This document shows positions 32,652-41,542 of a stretch of 44,379 nt of DNA, one piece after another. Made by a program: the position numbers and the translations under genes. Below the pieces are notes generated by a model. That model made no database searches. It was not told where the DNA came from and was given only the letters and a program-made list of their open reading frames with translations. Source of the DNA: a virus. Numbering within the stretch: the stretch's first letter is position 1; each line of letters starts with the position of its first letter. The DNA lies in the IMG/VR virus record IMGVR_UViG_3300045988_028516, positions 1-44,379 of that record; one strand, written 5' to 3'.

Positions 32652-32996
32652 CTACACCTCCTCGCACTCGTTCCAACGTACATTTACCCTGTGACCGTTC
32701 ACGACGACCACATATCCGACGTTTTTTCCGTACTGGTATCTTTCTGCGGTATACTCCGCGCCGAGCTCCGGCTTGAACTCCGGGTACAGAAAGATTTCCT
32801 TCGTGATTCTGATTCTTGCCTTTCTGCATGTTTTCGCGTCGTGCGTCCCGCAGTATGCCTTGTACTTGTTCTTCGCGTGCTTTCTGCGGTATGCCGTGTA
32901 GCATTCTGTGGAGCAATATCTATGCTTCGCGCCGTCATCATTTACGGCTTTTGTTACCGTCTTTCCGCACCCGTGACAAACAAATGTCATTCTCAC
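32652..32996 (-). CDS. Zinc-ribbon protein
   Basis: 114 aa with CHGCG...CSTEC. Confidence 0.55.
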   Translation of the reverse strand: MRMTFVCHGCGKTVTKAVNDDGAKHRYCSTECYTAYRRKHAKNKYKAYCGTHDAKTCRKARIRITKEIFLYPEFKPELGAEYTAERYQYGKNVGYVVVVNGHRVNVRWNECEEV

Positions 32997-33761
32997 TTAC
33001 TCCACCTCGTTCTTTCTGCTCGAGTAAAAGAGTTTGCTGTACGCCTCATAGCGTTCGTCGATATGCGTCGTGGCAACCATATCTGCCGTTCTATTCGTTG
33101 GTTTCCGAATCGGTTTTGTAACGACACATTCTGGTTTCCAGCCTCGTTTAATCCTTCTTTTAATTGTAGCGTATGGGATTCCCGTCTTATCTGCCCACTG
33201 GGACATAGTCAACGTTTCCCCAAATGCTTCAATATAGTGGTTTCTTCTGGTATTGTTGCATTGCGTCTTATGGTCAACCCATCTGCAATTATCTGGCGTA
33301 TAATCACCATCGTTATCGATTCTGTCGATAGACAATTCAGGAGAATACCCCGCGCCAAGTGCCCATTTTTTGAACGCGCAGTAATCATTTCTCCATTTAT
33401 CATCCATCTTGATTCCTCGCGCCCCATACCATTTGTAATGATATTCCGTTTCGCAGTAACACCTTGCGCGCATTCCACTCCAAATGTTATGAAGGCGTTT
33501 ATGACTGTCTCCATGTATCGTTGCATTTTTCCTTCTGTATTCGTTGTTCTTGCACCCGCAGCTCTTACGTTTTTTCTTTTTTATCTCCTGCGTGGATAAG
33601 TAACGTATGTTTCCGCATGAGCACAAGCACTTCCACCGTCTTACCTTATGGCCGTCATTCCTGATTTTGGGTTCACCTTCTTCTAGTACTTTGAACTCAC
33701 CGAAGGAGTATCCTGTTAAATCAATTTTTGGTTCTTTGGAGCCACTGATTATACTTTCCAT
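32997..33761 (-). CDS. HNH_3/AP2-type homing-endonuclease-like protein
   Basis: SIDRIDNDGDYTPDNCRWVDHKTQCNNTR, plus an N-terminal CLCSCG zinc motif. ATG 33761 follows GGGAGAG. Confidence 0.7.
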   Translation of the reverse strand: MESIISGSKEPKIDLTGYSFGEFKVLEEGEPKIRNDGHKVRRWKCLCSCGNIRYLSTQEIKKKKRKSCGCKNNEYRRKNATIHGDSHKRLHNIWSGMRARCYCETEYHYKWYGARGIKMDDKWRNDYCAFKKWALGAGYSPELSIDRIDNDGDYTPDNCRWVDHKTQCNNTRRNHYIEAFGETLTMSQWADKTGIPYATIKRRIKRGWKPECVVTKPIRKPTNRTADMVATTHIDERYEAYSKLFYSSRKNEVE

Positions 33762-34314
33762 AACGTCTCTCCCATGAAACAAGTTCATCCTTCGTCATGT
33801 CCCTAGAGAACCAATCCCAGAATCCGCACGGATTCATTTCTGAGCAAAATCCTCGATAGACACAGTTACACACCAGCACATCCGCAATTTCCGGCTCAAT
33901 CTCATGCAAGGCCGCCTTGAAGTCCTCGGCGTACTGCCGCGTCTCAGGCGAGGACTGGTGGCACAAACGCTTTCGCATCGTATCAATCAATGCCTGTACA
34001 TTTGCGTCTCCTGTGAAGTCAACAGGCGCGTCCTGCGGCAGATTGTCACGGTCAATCCCCGTGCGGTCTGAGCGCTGTGTCTTTACAAAACACTCCCATT
34101 TGTGCCGCGTCCAGTGCGTTGCTACCCAGCTCTTGATTCCGCGCCATGTCCACCTCACGCAAATGTCCCGAATCGGGCTGTGCTCTGCGATCAGGATTTT
34201 TCTCTTAAAGTCTGCGCTCGGCTCTTTACCAAGCGGCGGCTTGCCAACGGTCAGGCGGCAGTCAGAAGCGACTTCCTCCCAATCGCCCTTGATTTTAAGA
34301 ATCTCCGTTTTCAT
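33721..34314 (-). CDS. Divergent ThyX-like (flavin-dependent thymidylate synthase fold) protein
   Basis: EHSPIRD...[26 protein letters not shown] parallels the ThyX pattern HSP...G.SR....Q..RHR..S....SQR, but with substitutions. ATG 34314 lies 6 nt after AGGAGG. Confidence 0.45.
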   Translation of the reverse strand: MKTEILKIKGDWEEVASDCRLTVGKPPLGKEPSADFKRKILIAEHSPIRDICVRWTWRGIKSWVATHWTRHKWECFVKTQRSDRTGIDRDNLPQDAPVDFTGDANVQALIDTMRKRLCHQSSPETRQYAEDFKAALHEIEPEIADVLVCNCVYRGFCSEMNPCGFWDWFSRDMTKDELVSWERRYGKYNQWLQRTKN

Positions 34315-34618
34315 GCTTCGCCTCCTGCTCCATTTCGACGGCAAAGGCAACTCTGCAAAGCGCATGTGCCAAATGCTCATTTGTCTCGTCTCCGGCGAGC
34401 CATGCGAACAGGTGCGTCAAAGCGCGGCCTACATGCTCCTTTGCCGGAATCAGTTTGTAATTGTTCTCTGGATAGTGATGCACCGCGTCCGACTCATACC
34501 GCACCTGTGAGAGCTTCAGCATCGCTTTCGGTGGAAGCCATTCACTTTTAAAAGGGCGAAATGACTGCACTCCGCCGCTCTCGTTCTCCTGTTTGTCAGT
34601 TACTTTCTCAAGGCTCAT
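34295..34618 (-). CDS. DUF5664-like / dNTP diphosphohydrolase-like domain protein
   Basis: [13 protein letters not shown]...[36 protein letters not shown] resembles that family's pattern. Confidence 0.4.
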   Translation of the reverse strand: MSLEKVTDKQENESGGVQSFRPFKSEWLPPKAMLKLSQVRYESDAVHHYPENNYKLIPAKEHVGRALTHLFAWLAGDETNEHLAHALCRVAFAVEMEQEAKHENGDS

Positions 34619-34767
34619 TTTTTATCCCCCGTAGGTTTTTTTCTATGCTCCTCGGCGTCTTTCAGCGCCTTAAACGTCATCACATATACCTCTCGCGCGA
34701 AGTCTGTATTTGTAGGAATCAGCGGCGCGATGAAGTGCCAGCAGTCCATGAATGTAATATCACCCAT
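34615..34767 (-). CDS. Hypothetical small protein
   Basis: ATG 34767 lies 7 nt after GAGGAA. An alternative start exists at 34812. Confidence 0.4.
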   Translation of the reverse strand: MGDITFMDCWHFIAPLIPTNTDFAREVYVMTFKALKDAEEHRKKPTGDKK

Positions 34768-35107
34768 TCCCGCGTTCCTCGCCGTAGCTGCAAAAATCGT
34801 TTTCGCTGACATTGCGTCTGTTACATGGCGAATATTTGTTGTGGCAAGTCAGTGTTCCCGGCTTCCCATACCTCTGTGTAAGTTCAGATGGAAGTGTGCT
34901 GTGCTTACAGTCCTTGCACCGTATCACTTCTTCAACATCCGCCGTTTTGGAAGCCCCAATCTCGTCTATGATCTCTTGCCATTCATCATAGCGCTCTCTG
35001 TCCGTTCCATACACGTAATTTCTGCCGTAACGTCCAACCGGGCAAAGTTTCTTTTGCTTTTCTTCAATGATGGCAATCACCGCGTCAATGGACATGTATT
35101 CACTCAT
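34760..35107 (-). CDS. Cys-motif paralog 1 (ADVxxV[IV]RCKDC...DFCSYGE family)
   Basis: 115 aa with ADVEEVIRCKDCKH...NDFCSYGEE. Confidence 0.65.
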   Translation of the reverse strand: MSEYMSIDAVIAIIEEKQKKLCPVGRYGRNYVYGTDRERYDEWQEIIDEIGASKTADVEEVIRCKDCKHSTLPSELTQRYGKPGTLTCHNKYSPCNRRNVSENDFCSYGEERGNG

Positions 35108-35411
35108 TCGTCACACCTCCCATATTTGTCTGATACTCCCCGTAGCTGCAAAAATCGTCCGGTGCAATCTCCATATTGCTGATGTCGCAGATGAGAAAGC
35201 CGTTAGCGTTAATCGTCGCATCAACACGATACTTGCAGTCATTACACCGCACCACCGGCGCAACATCGGCTTCTGGGAAGTTTTCAACGGTAGTGACTGC
35301 CTCGTCAAAACCACAGGTATAATGGTCATGCTCGCCTTTCTCCGCTTTCAAGAACGAAAGTCGGTAATTTAGCGCAACCTCAAGCACCTCCCGCGCAATG
35401 TATTTAGCCAT
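35100..35411 (-). CDS. Cys-motif paralog 2
   Basis: ATG 35411 lies 6 nt after GGGAGGTG. Contains ADVAPVVRCNDCKY...DDFCSYGEY. Confidence 0.65.
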   Translation of the reverse strand: MAKYIAREVLEVALNYRLSFLKAEKGEHDHYTCGFDEAVTTVENFPEADVAPVVRCNDCKYRVDATINANGFLICDISNMEIAPDDFCSYGEYQTNMGGVTNE

Positions 35412-35583
35412 GCGTCGCACCTCCCGGATAGGCGATGCCCATCCACGGCGGAGTATACGGCCTGCATTGCGGAATATCGATCCATTCCCATGCATCGTTG
35501 CGGTAAATCAGAAATATTTCCGCCTCCGGCTGGACGGCATACACGGTAAACACACCGCCCGATAAAAGCTCAACCTGAAACAT
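35404..35583 (-). CDS. Hypothetical small protein
   Basis: ATG 35583 lies 6 nt after GGAGGTG; 59 aa. Confidence 0.5.
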   Translation of the reverse strand: MFQVELLSGGVFTVYAVQPEAEIFLIYRNDAWEWIDIPQCRPYTPPWMGIAYPGGATHG

Positions 35584-35863
35584 CGTTTTCACCTCCATCC
35601 TTTCTCACGCCTCGGCTACAAAAATCGTCCGGCCTGCAATACGGCATCACATATAGGCAGCAGGCATGAAGCCCATCCCTTAAGAGATTCCCGAAATGTG
35701 CGCAGTCCTTGCACCGCACCACCTCCGCAACGTCTGCGGCGGGAAGCGTTACGATGTCACAACGAATACGATCAAGCATCAAATTTTGCGCAGGGCTGGT
35801 GTTTGCACACCTCTGTTTTTGTATTGCACGTAAAGCGTCCAGTTTCAGAATATAAGCAGTCAT
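35570..35863 (-). CDS. Cys-motif paralog 3
   Basis: 97 aa with ADVAEVVRCKDCAH...DDFCSRG. Confidence 0.6.
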   Translation of the reverse strand: MTAYILKLDALRAIQKQRCANTSPAQNLMLDRIRCDIVTLPAADVAEVVRCKDCAHFGNLLRDGLHACCLYVMPYCRPDDFCSRGVRKDGGENDVSG

Positions 35864-36033
35864 CCTTTAGCCTCCTTTTCACGTTCCATCCGTTTCTGTT
35901 CCATACGTGCCGGCCGATCGTCGCTTGCGACAGTCCATTTCCGACGTTCTGCCGATTTCGGGCGGCGCAGGAAATCAGCTCTGGCGTTCGAGGTATAGGC
36001 GGCTGGCATACCCAGCTTTTTCGGCTTAGCCAT
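35860..36033 (-). CDS. Small basic protein (57 aa)
   Basis: ATG 36033 lies 8 nt after GGAGGA, and the stop overlaps the next ATG. Begins MAKPKKLGMPAAYTSNARADFLRRPKSAERRKW... Confidence 0.45.
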   Translation of the reverse strand: MAKPKKLGMPAAYTSNARADFLRRPKSAERRKWTVASDDRPARMEQKRMEREKEAKG

Positions 36034-36238
36034 CTTTTGCTTCCTCCAATTCGATAACTAATGTGTTGAAAAACCAGCGCGCTTCTTTGATCTCCCGGTC
36101 TGCAAGTTCAAGCGGCAAGGAACGAAGCGTCTCGCCTATCGAGCATTCCTCATAGATGCGTTTCTCATCTTTTACGCAGAGATTTACAGGCGAAAGCGGA
36201 TTCTTCAATTCGTTGAACTTGAACTCACGAAGTTTCAT
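36026..36238 (-). CDS. Hypothetical protein
   Basis: 70-aa ORF with overlapping neighbours. Confidence 0.5.
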   Translation of the reverse strand: MKLREFKFNELKNPLSPVNLCVKDEKRIYEECSIGETLRSLPLELADREIKEARWFFNTLVIELEEAKDG

Positions 36239-36485
36239 CTTCCCTTATCTCCATCTTCTCGAAATCGTCCTGCACCTCCACGCCAGCCTCGTCCAGCAGG
36301 TCAGAAAGATCGGTGTCCACGCTGCTACCAATAAACTCGCCATTTTCGTCGTAGTGGTTGTACTCCGTGGTCGGCCGGGATTCTATCCCTGAAAACTCTT
36401 TTAAAAGTCTCAGATATTCGTCGTTATCGATGAGCTGAGCCTGATAGAGTTGTCTCAACTGCGCTTTGGTTATGCGCTTAGCCAT
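36225..36485 (-). CDS. Hypothetical acidic protein
   Basis: ATG 36485 follows GGAGGG; 86 aa. Confidence 0.5.
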   Translation of the reverse strand: MAKRITKAQLRQLYQAQLIDNDEYLRLLKEFSGIESRPTTEYNHYDENGEFIGSSVDTDLSDLLDEAGVEVQDDFEKMEIREDETS

Positions 36486-36927
36486 CCTTCTTGCCCTCCA
36501 TTGATTCCTGAACTTCGCTAAGATCGAACAAGGCAACCGTCCTTCCGCTCGGTGTCGGCTGATTTTCTGCAAACGCGGTAAGATGGATATTCCAGTGGTC
36601 TGGCTTGAAAGCGATGCCGTTTCGCATGAGAACAATGTCTGCATCGCCCCGGCATGGAAGCAGCACCACGCGCCCGTCCTTGTCAGCCTTGGCAAGCTCT
36701 TTCATGCGGTCGTGGCTGCTGTAGTGTTTAATCGCAGACTCCAAAAGGGGAAGTTCGCCGTACATCCTGAAAAAAAGCTCTGGTGCTCGAACGGTGTCCT
36801 CAAACTGCTTGAGCCGCTCCCACACTTTTTTCTGGTAGCACGCGCCATCCTCGCAGAAGCTTCCGCCCGGAACATTGCGGCACTGTGCAATATCGCAGAA
36901 GTTTCCGTCAAACGTTAGTCGTTCCAT
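36478..36927 (-). CDS. Hypothetical protein (MERLTFDG... family)
   Basis: ATG 36927; 149 aa. Confidence 0.55.
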   Translation of the reverse strand: MERLTFDGNFCDIAQCRNVPGGSFCEDGACYQKKVWERLKQFEDTVRAPELFFRMYGELPLLESAIKHYSSHDRMKELAKADKDGRVVLLPCRGDADIVLMRNGIAFKPDHWNIHLTAFAENQPTPSGRTVALFDLSEVQESMEGKKDG

Positions 36928-37508
36928 ATTTGTTCCTCCACATAGCACCAGCTCTGCGGCGGGCGTCGAATCTGCAAATTACCATTGCCGCAGGTCCCGT
37001 TATACTCACTGTACATAGCGCAGCTCTCACACCACCAGTCATTTTTACATGCCCGTCTGAAGTCGTCCAATTCGCGCGGCGTATCGTAAATCTTGAGATT
37101 GGATATGTGCCAGCCGAAGCCGGTGGCAGCTCCGAGATACTGGTGCAGCTCCGCAGGCTCTAGGCAGGTTGGCCGCGCAGCATCCGACGGGATTCTTCCC
37201 GCGCCGTTAATGTTGATGATCTGATCGCACAGAAATTCCCCGATAACCTTTTGCCGCTTATCCCATAAGCCAGTGGTCGGCGCTTTTTCCGTCTTTATGA
37301 AAACCGGCTTGCCGTGATACGTTTCTCCATAATTCTCATCGCCGTCTTTTATAATGGTGAGTAGCTTTTCCTCCGGTTTTGTGCAGTAGATATAGCACTT
37401 AAACGGCGTATCCATCTTCGGGCGCGTCTTTCGCACCTCAATCGTTTTCTCACCGCTTATGATCTTCTCGCACCACTTCGGGCGAATGCTGATTAAAACA
37501 GCTTTCAT
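36915..37508 (-). CDS. ASCH (PUA-like) domain protein
   Basis: The N-terminus MKAVLISIRPKWCEKIISGEKTIEVRK is a typical ASCH start. There is a Cys-rich C-terminus. Confidence 0.65.
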   Translation of the reverse strand: MKAVLISIRPKWCEKIISGEKTIEVRKTRPKMDTPFKCYIYCTKPEEKLLTIIKDGDENYGETYHGKPVFIKTEKAPTTGLWDKRQKVIGEFLCDQIININGAGRIPSDAARPTCLEPAELHQYLGAATGFGWHISNLKIYDTPRELDDFRRACKNDWWCESCAMYSEYNGTCGNGNLQIRRPPQSWCYVEEQIWND

Positions 37509-37580
37509 GCCTTTTCTCCCTCCTCCGGCGCTTCCGGCAGCGGTATCCGCGACCTTACTTTGTCGAAGAATCTCAGAAAA

Positions 37581-38243
37581 TCATCCATTTTCGTCCCCGT
37601 ACCTTTCTTTGATCGCCGCTTTTGCCTCTTCTTCCGTCTTGAATACGGAACCCGCTCTGTTACGGTCATCGCGACCGTCAACGATCAACGTTTCCGTACT
37701 CCATCTATTCATGCGATTGCTAGAATCGAAGCAGAGCAACATCCTGACATTCTTGATTTTTGACTTTTTGGGGAAATACGTTAATTTTGAAACGGCCCCG
37801 TAGCCTCTGCATGTGGGGCAGTCAATTTCAAGCGTCTCCCCGCCAATGTCAGCCGACACTTTCTTTTTGCCGCCGCACTTCTCACAGGTATGCCGTTCGT
37901 ATTCCGAACCGATCACCCAGCACTCATCGCCGGGGCGGAAGTCCTTTGTCAGATGGTTGACGATTGCCTTGACCTGCATTGCCGGAACCTCGTGCGCTTC
38001 GACATAGACCTTCTGCTCACGAAGCTGCTTGATTTCTTCCTCAAGCTGCGCTTTTTCCCAATTCAGGCTGTAAACCTCTCTTCTGATTTCATCGGCTTTC
38101 GTCTTCGCCTCGTTGGCATCGTCCATCAGCTGCTTGACTTCCTCGGTCATCTCATTCCAGAGCGCAGCCTTTGCGTCCTCAATGATCTGTTCCGCCCTTG
38201 ACGGTTCAGAGAACATATCATCGTATTCCTCAAAATAACTCAT
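37581..38243 (-). CDS. Coiled-coil plus zinc-ribbon protein, hypothetical
   Basis: ATG 38243; 220 aa with CEKCGG...CPTCRGYG. Confidence 0.55.
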   Translation of the reverse strand: MSYFEEYDDMFSEPSRAEQIIEDAKAALWNEMTEEVKQLMDDANEAKTKADEIRREVYSLNWEKAQLEEEIKQLREQKVYVEAHEVPAMQVKAIVNHLTKDFRPGDECWVIGSEYERHTCEKCGGKKKVSADIGGETLEIDCPTCRGYGAVSKLTYFPKKSKIKNVRMLLCFDSSNRMNRWSTETLIVDGRDDRNRAGSVFKTEEEAKAAIKERYGDENG

Positions 38244-38253
38244 GTTTTTGCTT

Positions 38254-38532
38254 TCATCCTTTCTGCATCGTTTTCGCGTATTCCAGCAGCGCGTTCCTCT
38301 CGGCTTCTGCCTCCGCCTGCTTTCTCTGTGCGAGGGCAATCACCATGTCCTTCCACTCGATTTCCTTGCGCAGCTCTGCGTTCTCGGCGGTCAGGCGCTC
38401 GATCATAGTGATAGATTCATCCGCCAGACGCTCCGTGCAACGCACATACTTCATTTGTGGACAAAGCCCGCAACCCTTCTCTATATGCGTCGCGCAGATA
38501 CGCAGCGCCTGTATAATTTCCTTGTCTGTCAT
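38254..38532 (-). CDS. Hypothetical protein
   Basis: 92-aa ORF with a Cys cluster followed by a coiled coil. Confidence 0.5.
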   Translation of the reverse strand: MTDKEIIQALRICATHIEKGCGLCPQMKYVRCTERLADESITMIERLTAENAELRKEIEWKDMVIALAQRKQAEAEAERNALLEYAKTMQKG

Positions 38533-39398
38533 ATATCCTCCATTCCTTCAAAAACCATTTGTCCCGGCAAAACGCCGTCCTCCAGACTCCAGTGCAGGAC
38601 GTCTTCGCCGGTCTGCCAATCGCACGGCAGGCCGCGGCTGCGGCGCTCCTCGATCATCCGGTCATAAGCCCGGATGTAGGCATTCCGGTATCCGGGGTAG
38701 CGCGCGAGCTGCACCTTCCGGCGCTTGCCCGCCATCGGGCAATTGATGCAGCCCACGCGATCTTCGCCGCAGGCGTAAAGCGGATTCATACAGATCTTTT
38801 CTGCTGCGCAGTAATCCCAGATGGATTCGGTCGGCCAATCGATAATCGGATTGACCGTTCGGGTCCCCTTGAGCTGGCAATTTTCTATCAGCATCCGGCT
38901 TTCGTCATTGTCGTTCATCAGTGTCAGCCGCTTGGATTTATCCCTGTGCAGGGTCTCCATAACGCCACGGGATTTGCGCTTTTGCGATTCCTCCCAGCGG
39001 ACGCCGGTCGCGATCCACCTGCCACGTCCGCTGGTCTCTTTGAGCGCCGCGCAGCAGTAGCGCATAATGCGTGTCGGCGGCACCAGCTTCAGCGGGATTA
39101 GTCGCCACATGGTCATGTACGTCCCGTCCGGCTGCTTGTGCTTATCGATATCGCACGGTACGCCCGCCAGCTCCAGCCTTCGGAATGTTTCCCACACATG
39201 CCAGACGGTCTCCGGCGCATCAGCTGTCGTCAGCGAGTGCAGCACCTCATACGGGATGCCCGATTTCCCAGCCAGATGCAGAAGTACGTCCGAGTCCTTT
39301 CCGCCTGAGTAAGTAATCACAAGTGCTCGCTTATACAGGCGCATACTCATGTCCGATGCCATTTTAAGCCGCTCAATGGCTGTCTGCTCCAAATCCAT
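38529..39398 (-). CDS. PAPS reductase-family (PP-loop) protein
   Basis: PP-loop SGGKDS. ATG 39398 lies 5 nt after GGAGGGG. The C-terminus has a CINCPMAG Cys cluster. Confidence 0.78.
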   Translation of the reverse strand: MDLEQTAIERLKMASDMSMRLYKRALVITYSGGKDSDVLLHLAGKSGIPYEVLHSLTTADAPETVWHVWETFRRLELAGVPCDIDKHKQPDGTYMTMWRLIPLKLVPPTRIMRYCCAALKETSGRGRWIATGVRWEESQKRKSRGVMETLHRDKSKRLTLMNDNDESRMLIENCQLKGTRTVNPIIDWPTESIWDYCAAEKICMNPLYACGEDRVGCINCPMAGKRRKVQLARYPGYRNAYIRAYDRMIEERRSRGLPCDWQTGEDVLHWSLEDGVLPGQMVFEGMEDI

Positions 39399-39400
39399 GT

Positions 39401-39580
39401 TTACCCCTCCGTGTTGTACACGATCATCGCGGTGTACATCCGCTCTGCAACACCCATGCTCTTGATCGCGCAAGAGCTAAACTTGATGTCAACGACTCGA
39501 TACGGCGTCTTCTCAAGAAATTCGTTTACGCGAAGCTCGATTTCAAATGGCGTAACGCCCTGTAGAATTTTAACTTCCAT
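39401..39580 (-). CDS. Hypothetical small protein
   Basis: ATG 39580 lies 6 nt after AAGGAG; 59 aa beginning MEVKILQGVTPFEIELRVNEFL. Confidence 0.5.
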   Translation of the reverse strand: MEVKILQGVTPFEIELRVNEFLEKTPYRVVDIKFSSCAIKSMGVAERMYTAMIVYNTEG

Positions 39581-39695
39581 CTGTTTCTCCTTCACATTTT
39601 TCATCACCAAAATGCCGTTTCGTTACTGCAATGCAGAACGGCTCGATATCCGCGCCGATGATCTTGCAAATATCGCCATAGTGCTTCACCAAATG

Positions 39696-39944
39696 TCACC
39701 TCCAATGGCAGCGCCCGCGCTGAGCGGCCTTTTCATGCCTCCGTCGAGCCGATTTCGAGGCCGCTGTAGGCCCTCTTCGGTTGTAGTAATACTCCGAGAC
39801 ACGTTGCCTGCGCTCGTATTCTTCGGCTTTCATCGCCTCGTACACAGCCCACTCATGGCATGTCTTCCGACACTCTGCGCTACGCTTAGCACAGTCTTGT
39901 TTGCAAGGGCAGTTCTTCTCAAAACGCCCAACGGGTCTAGTCAT
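39696..39944 (-). CDS. Cys-rich basic small protein
   Basis: ATG 39944; 82 aa with CPCKQDCAKRSAECRKTCHEW. Confidence 0.5.
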   Translation of the reverse strand: MTRPVGRFEKNCPCKQDCAKRSAECRKTCHEWAVYEAMKAEEYERRQRVSEYYYNRRGPTAASKSARRRHEKAAQRGRCHWR

Positions 39945-40659
39945 CCGGCATACCCCTTTCAAGCATTTTCTTCATGGCCTGACGCTCAAATTCGCCCATT
40001 TCATCGCCGTGTTCAACGTAACTTCTGCTTTCGTTCTTCACGCGCCTTTTCTTCTCGTTCGACTCCCACGTCAAGAACTTCTGCTTCCAGCTCTGGACTG
40101 GCTTCCCGGTCGAGTCGCACCACTCGCCAGCGGTGAAATACTCGAAGAAGGTTTTTCCCAAGTCCGGCACGCCGCGTTCTTCTGCATAAGCCTCTACTTC
40201 CTCAAGCGTTGGTGCTGTAAATTCCTTTCCCTTTTTCTTCTTCTCAGAAATAGAACTATTATCTTTTATATTTCCATTTCCATTTCCATTTCCTAAAGGT
40301 AATACCGTGGTATTACCATGGTTGTTACCATCGCGCATACCAGATGCGCAGTTTTGCTTATTCCAACGCTTTGCCACATTCTCGCGTTGACGCTGACAAT
40401 GTGCTTCTCGTTTTTCAATTTCCAAGTCCATGCGTCGGTTGTAATACTTGCCGTCATCGTCCTTTTGAAACTTGCGCATGACCTCCGTAGACGGCTTTTT
40501 GACAGCTCTTACAATCTCCTGCATTGTCATGTGCCCTCGCTCTCTTTGGAGGCACAGGAGCGTGATGTACTGCCCACGCTCCCGCATATCCATCAAGGCA
40601 CAGCCGGACAGAAAATCAGATGTATAAAACAGAACTGCTGGATCTTTATTTTTCCCCAT
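39937..40659 (-). CDS. DUF1376 (YdaU-like) putative replication/primosome protein
   Basis: The N-terminus FYTSDFLSGCALMDMRERGQYITLLCLQRERG fits the DUF1376 pattern. There is an internal GNGNGNGN tract. Confidence 0.65.
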   Translation of the reverse strand: MGKNKDPAVLFYTSDFLSGCALMDMRERGQYITLLCLQRERGHMTMQEIVRAVKKPSTEVMRKFQKDDDGKYYNRRMDLEIEKREAHCQRQRENVAKRWNKQNCASGMRDGNNHGNTTVLPLGNGNGNGNIKDNSSISEKKKKGKEFTAPTLEEVEAYAEERGVPDLGKTFFEYFTAGEWCDSTGKPVQSWKQKFLTWESNEKKRRVKNESRSYVEHGDEMGEFERQAMKKMLERGMPDD

Positions 40660-40670
40660 CCCTTACACCC

Positions 40671-41057
40671 CTAAAAAGGAAGGGCTTCGTCGTTCGTGAT
40701 CTCCGAGAACTCGCTTTTAGTTTCCTCCGTTCCGGTCGGCTTTGAGTCTCCGAAATAGAAATGGTCGGCAAGGATTTCTGCGGTACGGCGCTTGTTGCCT
40801 TCCTTGTCCGTCCAGCCGCGAATCTGCAAGCGCCCTGTCACAACAGCCATACGGCCTTTTGTGAAGAACTTCTCGGCGAATTCAGCCGTTTTCCCGAAAG
40901 CGACAACATCGATGAAGTCTGTTACCTTTTCGCCGCCCTGCGGCGCGTAGTCGCGCTCACAGGCGATGGAGAACGATGCAACAGCCGTTCCACTTTCAAG
41001 CCGACGCAATTCGGGGTCTTTCGTCAGCCTGCCCATGATCGTGATGGTATTCAGCAT
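40671..41057 (-). CDS. ssb: Single-stranded DNA-binding protein
   Basis: OB-fold start MLNTITIMGRLTKDPELR and acidic C-terminal tip DEALPF. Confidence 0.9.
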   Translation of the reverse strand: MLNTITIMGRLTKDPELRRLESGTAVASFSIACERDYAPQGGEKVTDFIDVVAFGKTAEFAEKFFTKGRMAVVTGRLQIRGWTDKEGNKRRTAEILADHFYFGDSKPTGTEETKSEFSEITNDEALPF

Positions 41058-41221
41058 TTCTCGCCCTCCTTTTCCTTCGGCCCAAACAAAAGCAGAAGGA
41101 TGTCATCGAATCGATAGCTCTGAAGCTCGCGGTATGCTTTTTCGAGGAACTTCAGCTGTTCTCTTGCGGAGACAAGCTCCTCATAGCGTTCGGTGCTGAT
41201 GCCAATGATGTTTTCAGACAT
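41051..41221 (-). CDS. Small hypothetical protein (56 aa)
   Basis: ATG 41221. The stop overlaps the ssb start. Begins MSENIIGISTERYEELVSAREQLKFLEKAYRELQSY... Confidence 0.45.
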   Translation of the reverse strand: MSENIIGISTERYEELVSAREQLKFLEKAYRELQSYRFDDILLLLFGPKEKEGEKC

Positions 41222-41224
41222 TTT

Positions 41225-41542
41225 TTACATTCCTTTCCTGTATACAAGTTTTTCTGCATCCCAATCTGGATATTTGCTTTTTAGATAATGCTCTATTGTG
41301 CTCTTAAACGGCTGGCGAAGGTATGACTGATCGTAGAGAAAATGGCAGGTGTCGCACAGCGTTATGATGTTCTCGGCGATTCCAAGACCACCGTGGGAGC
41401 GCGGTATGTAGTGACACCATGGGCTTCCCGGTCTACCGCAAACAATGCAGCAACCGCCGTCACGCTCCATGACAGCCTCTTTTACAGAGGCTGGGATACT
41501 AGTTGCCTTTGTCTGTTTGTGCAGCTCTCTCACCCCATTCAA
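41225..41542 (-). CDS. HNH endonuclease
   Basis: CIVCGRPGSPWCHYIPRSHGG...NIITLCDTCH. Confidence 0.8.
   Translation of the reverse strand: MNGVRELHKQTKATSIPASVKEAVMERDGGCCIVCGRPGSPWCHYIPRSHGGLGIAENIITLCDTCHFLYDQSYLRQPFKSTIEHYLKSKYPDWDAEKLVYRKGM

Noticed and set aside
32691-33599. 302-aa plus-strand ORF
   Set aside because: It is antisense to the zinc-ribbon and HNH_3-like genes. It has no motif and no SD.
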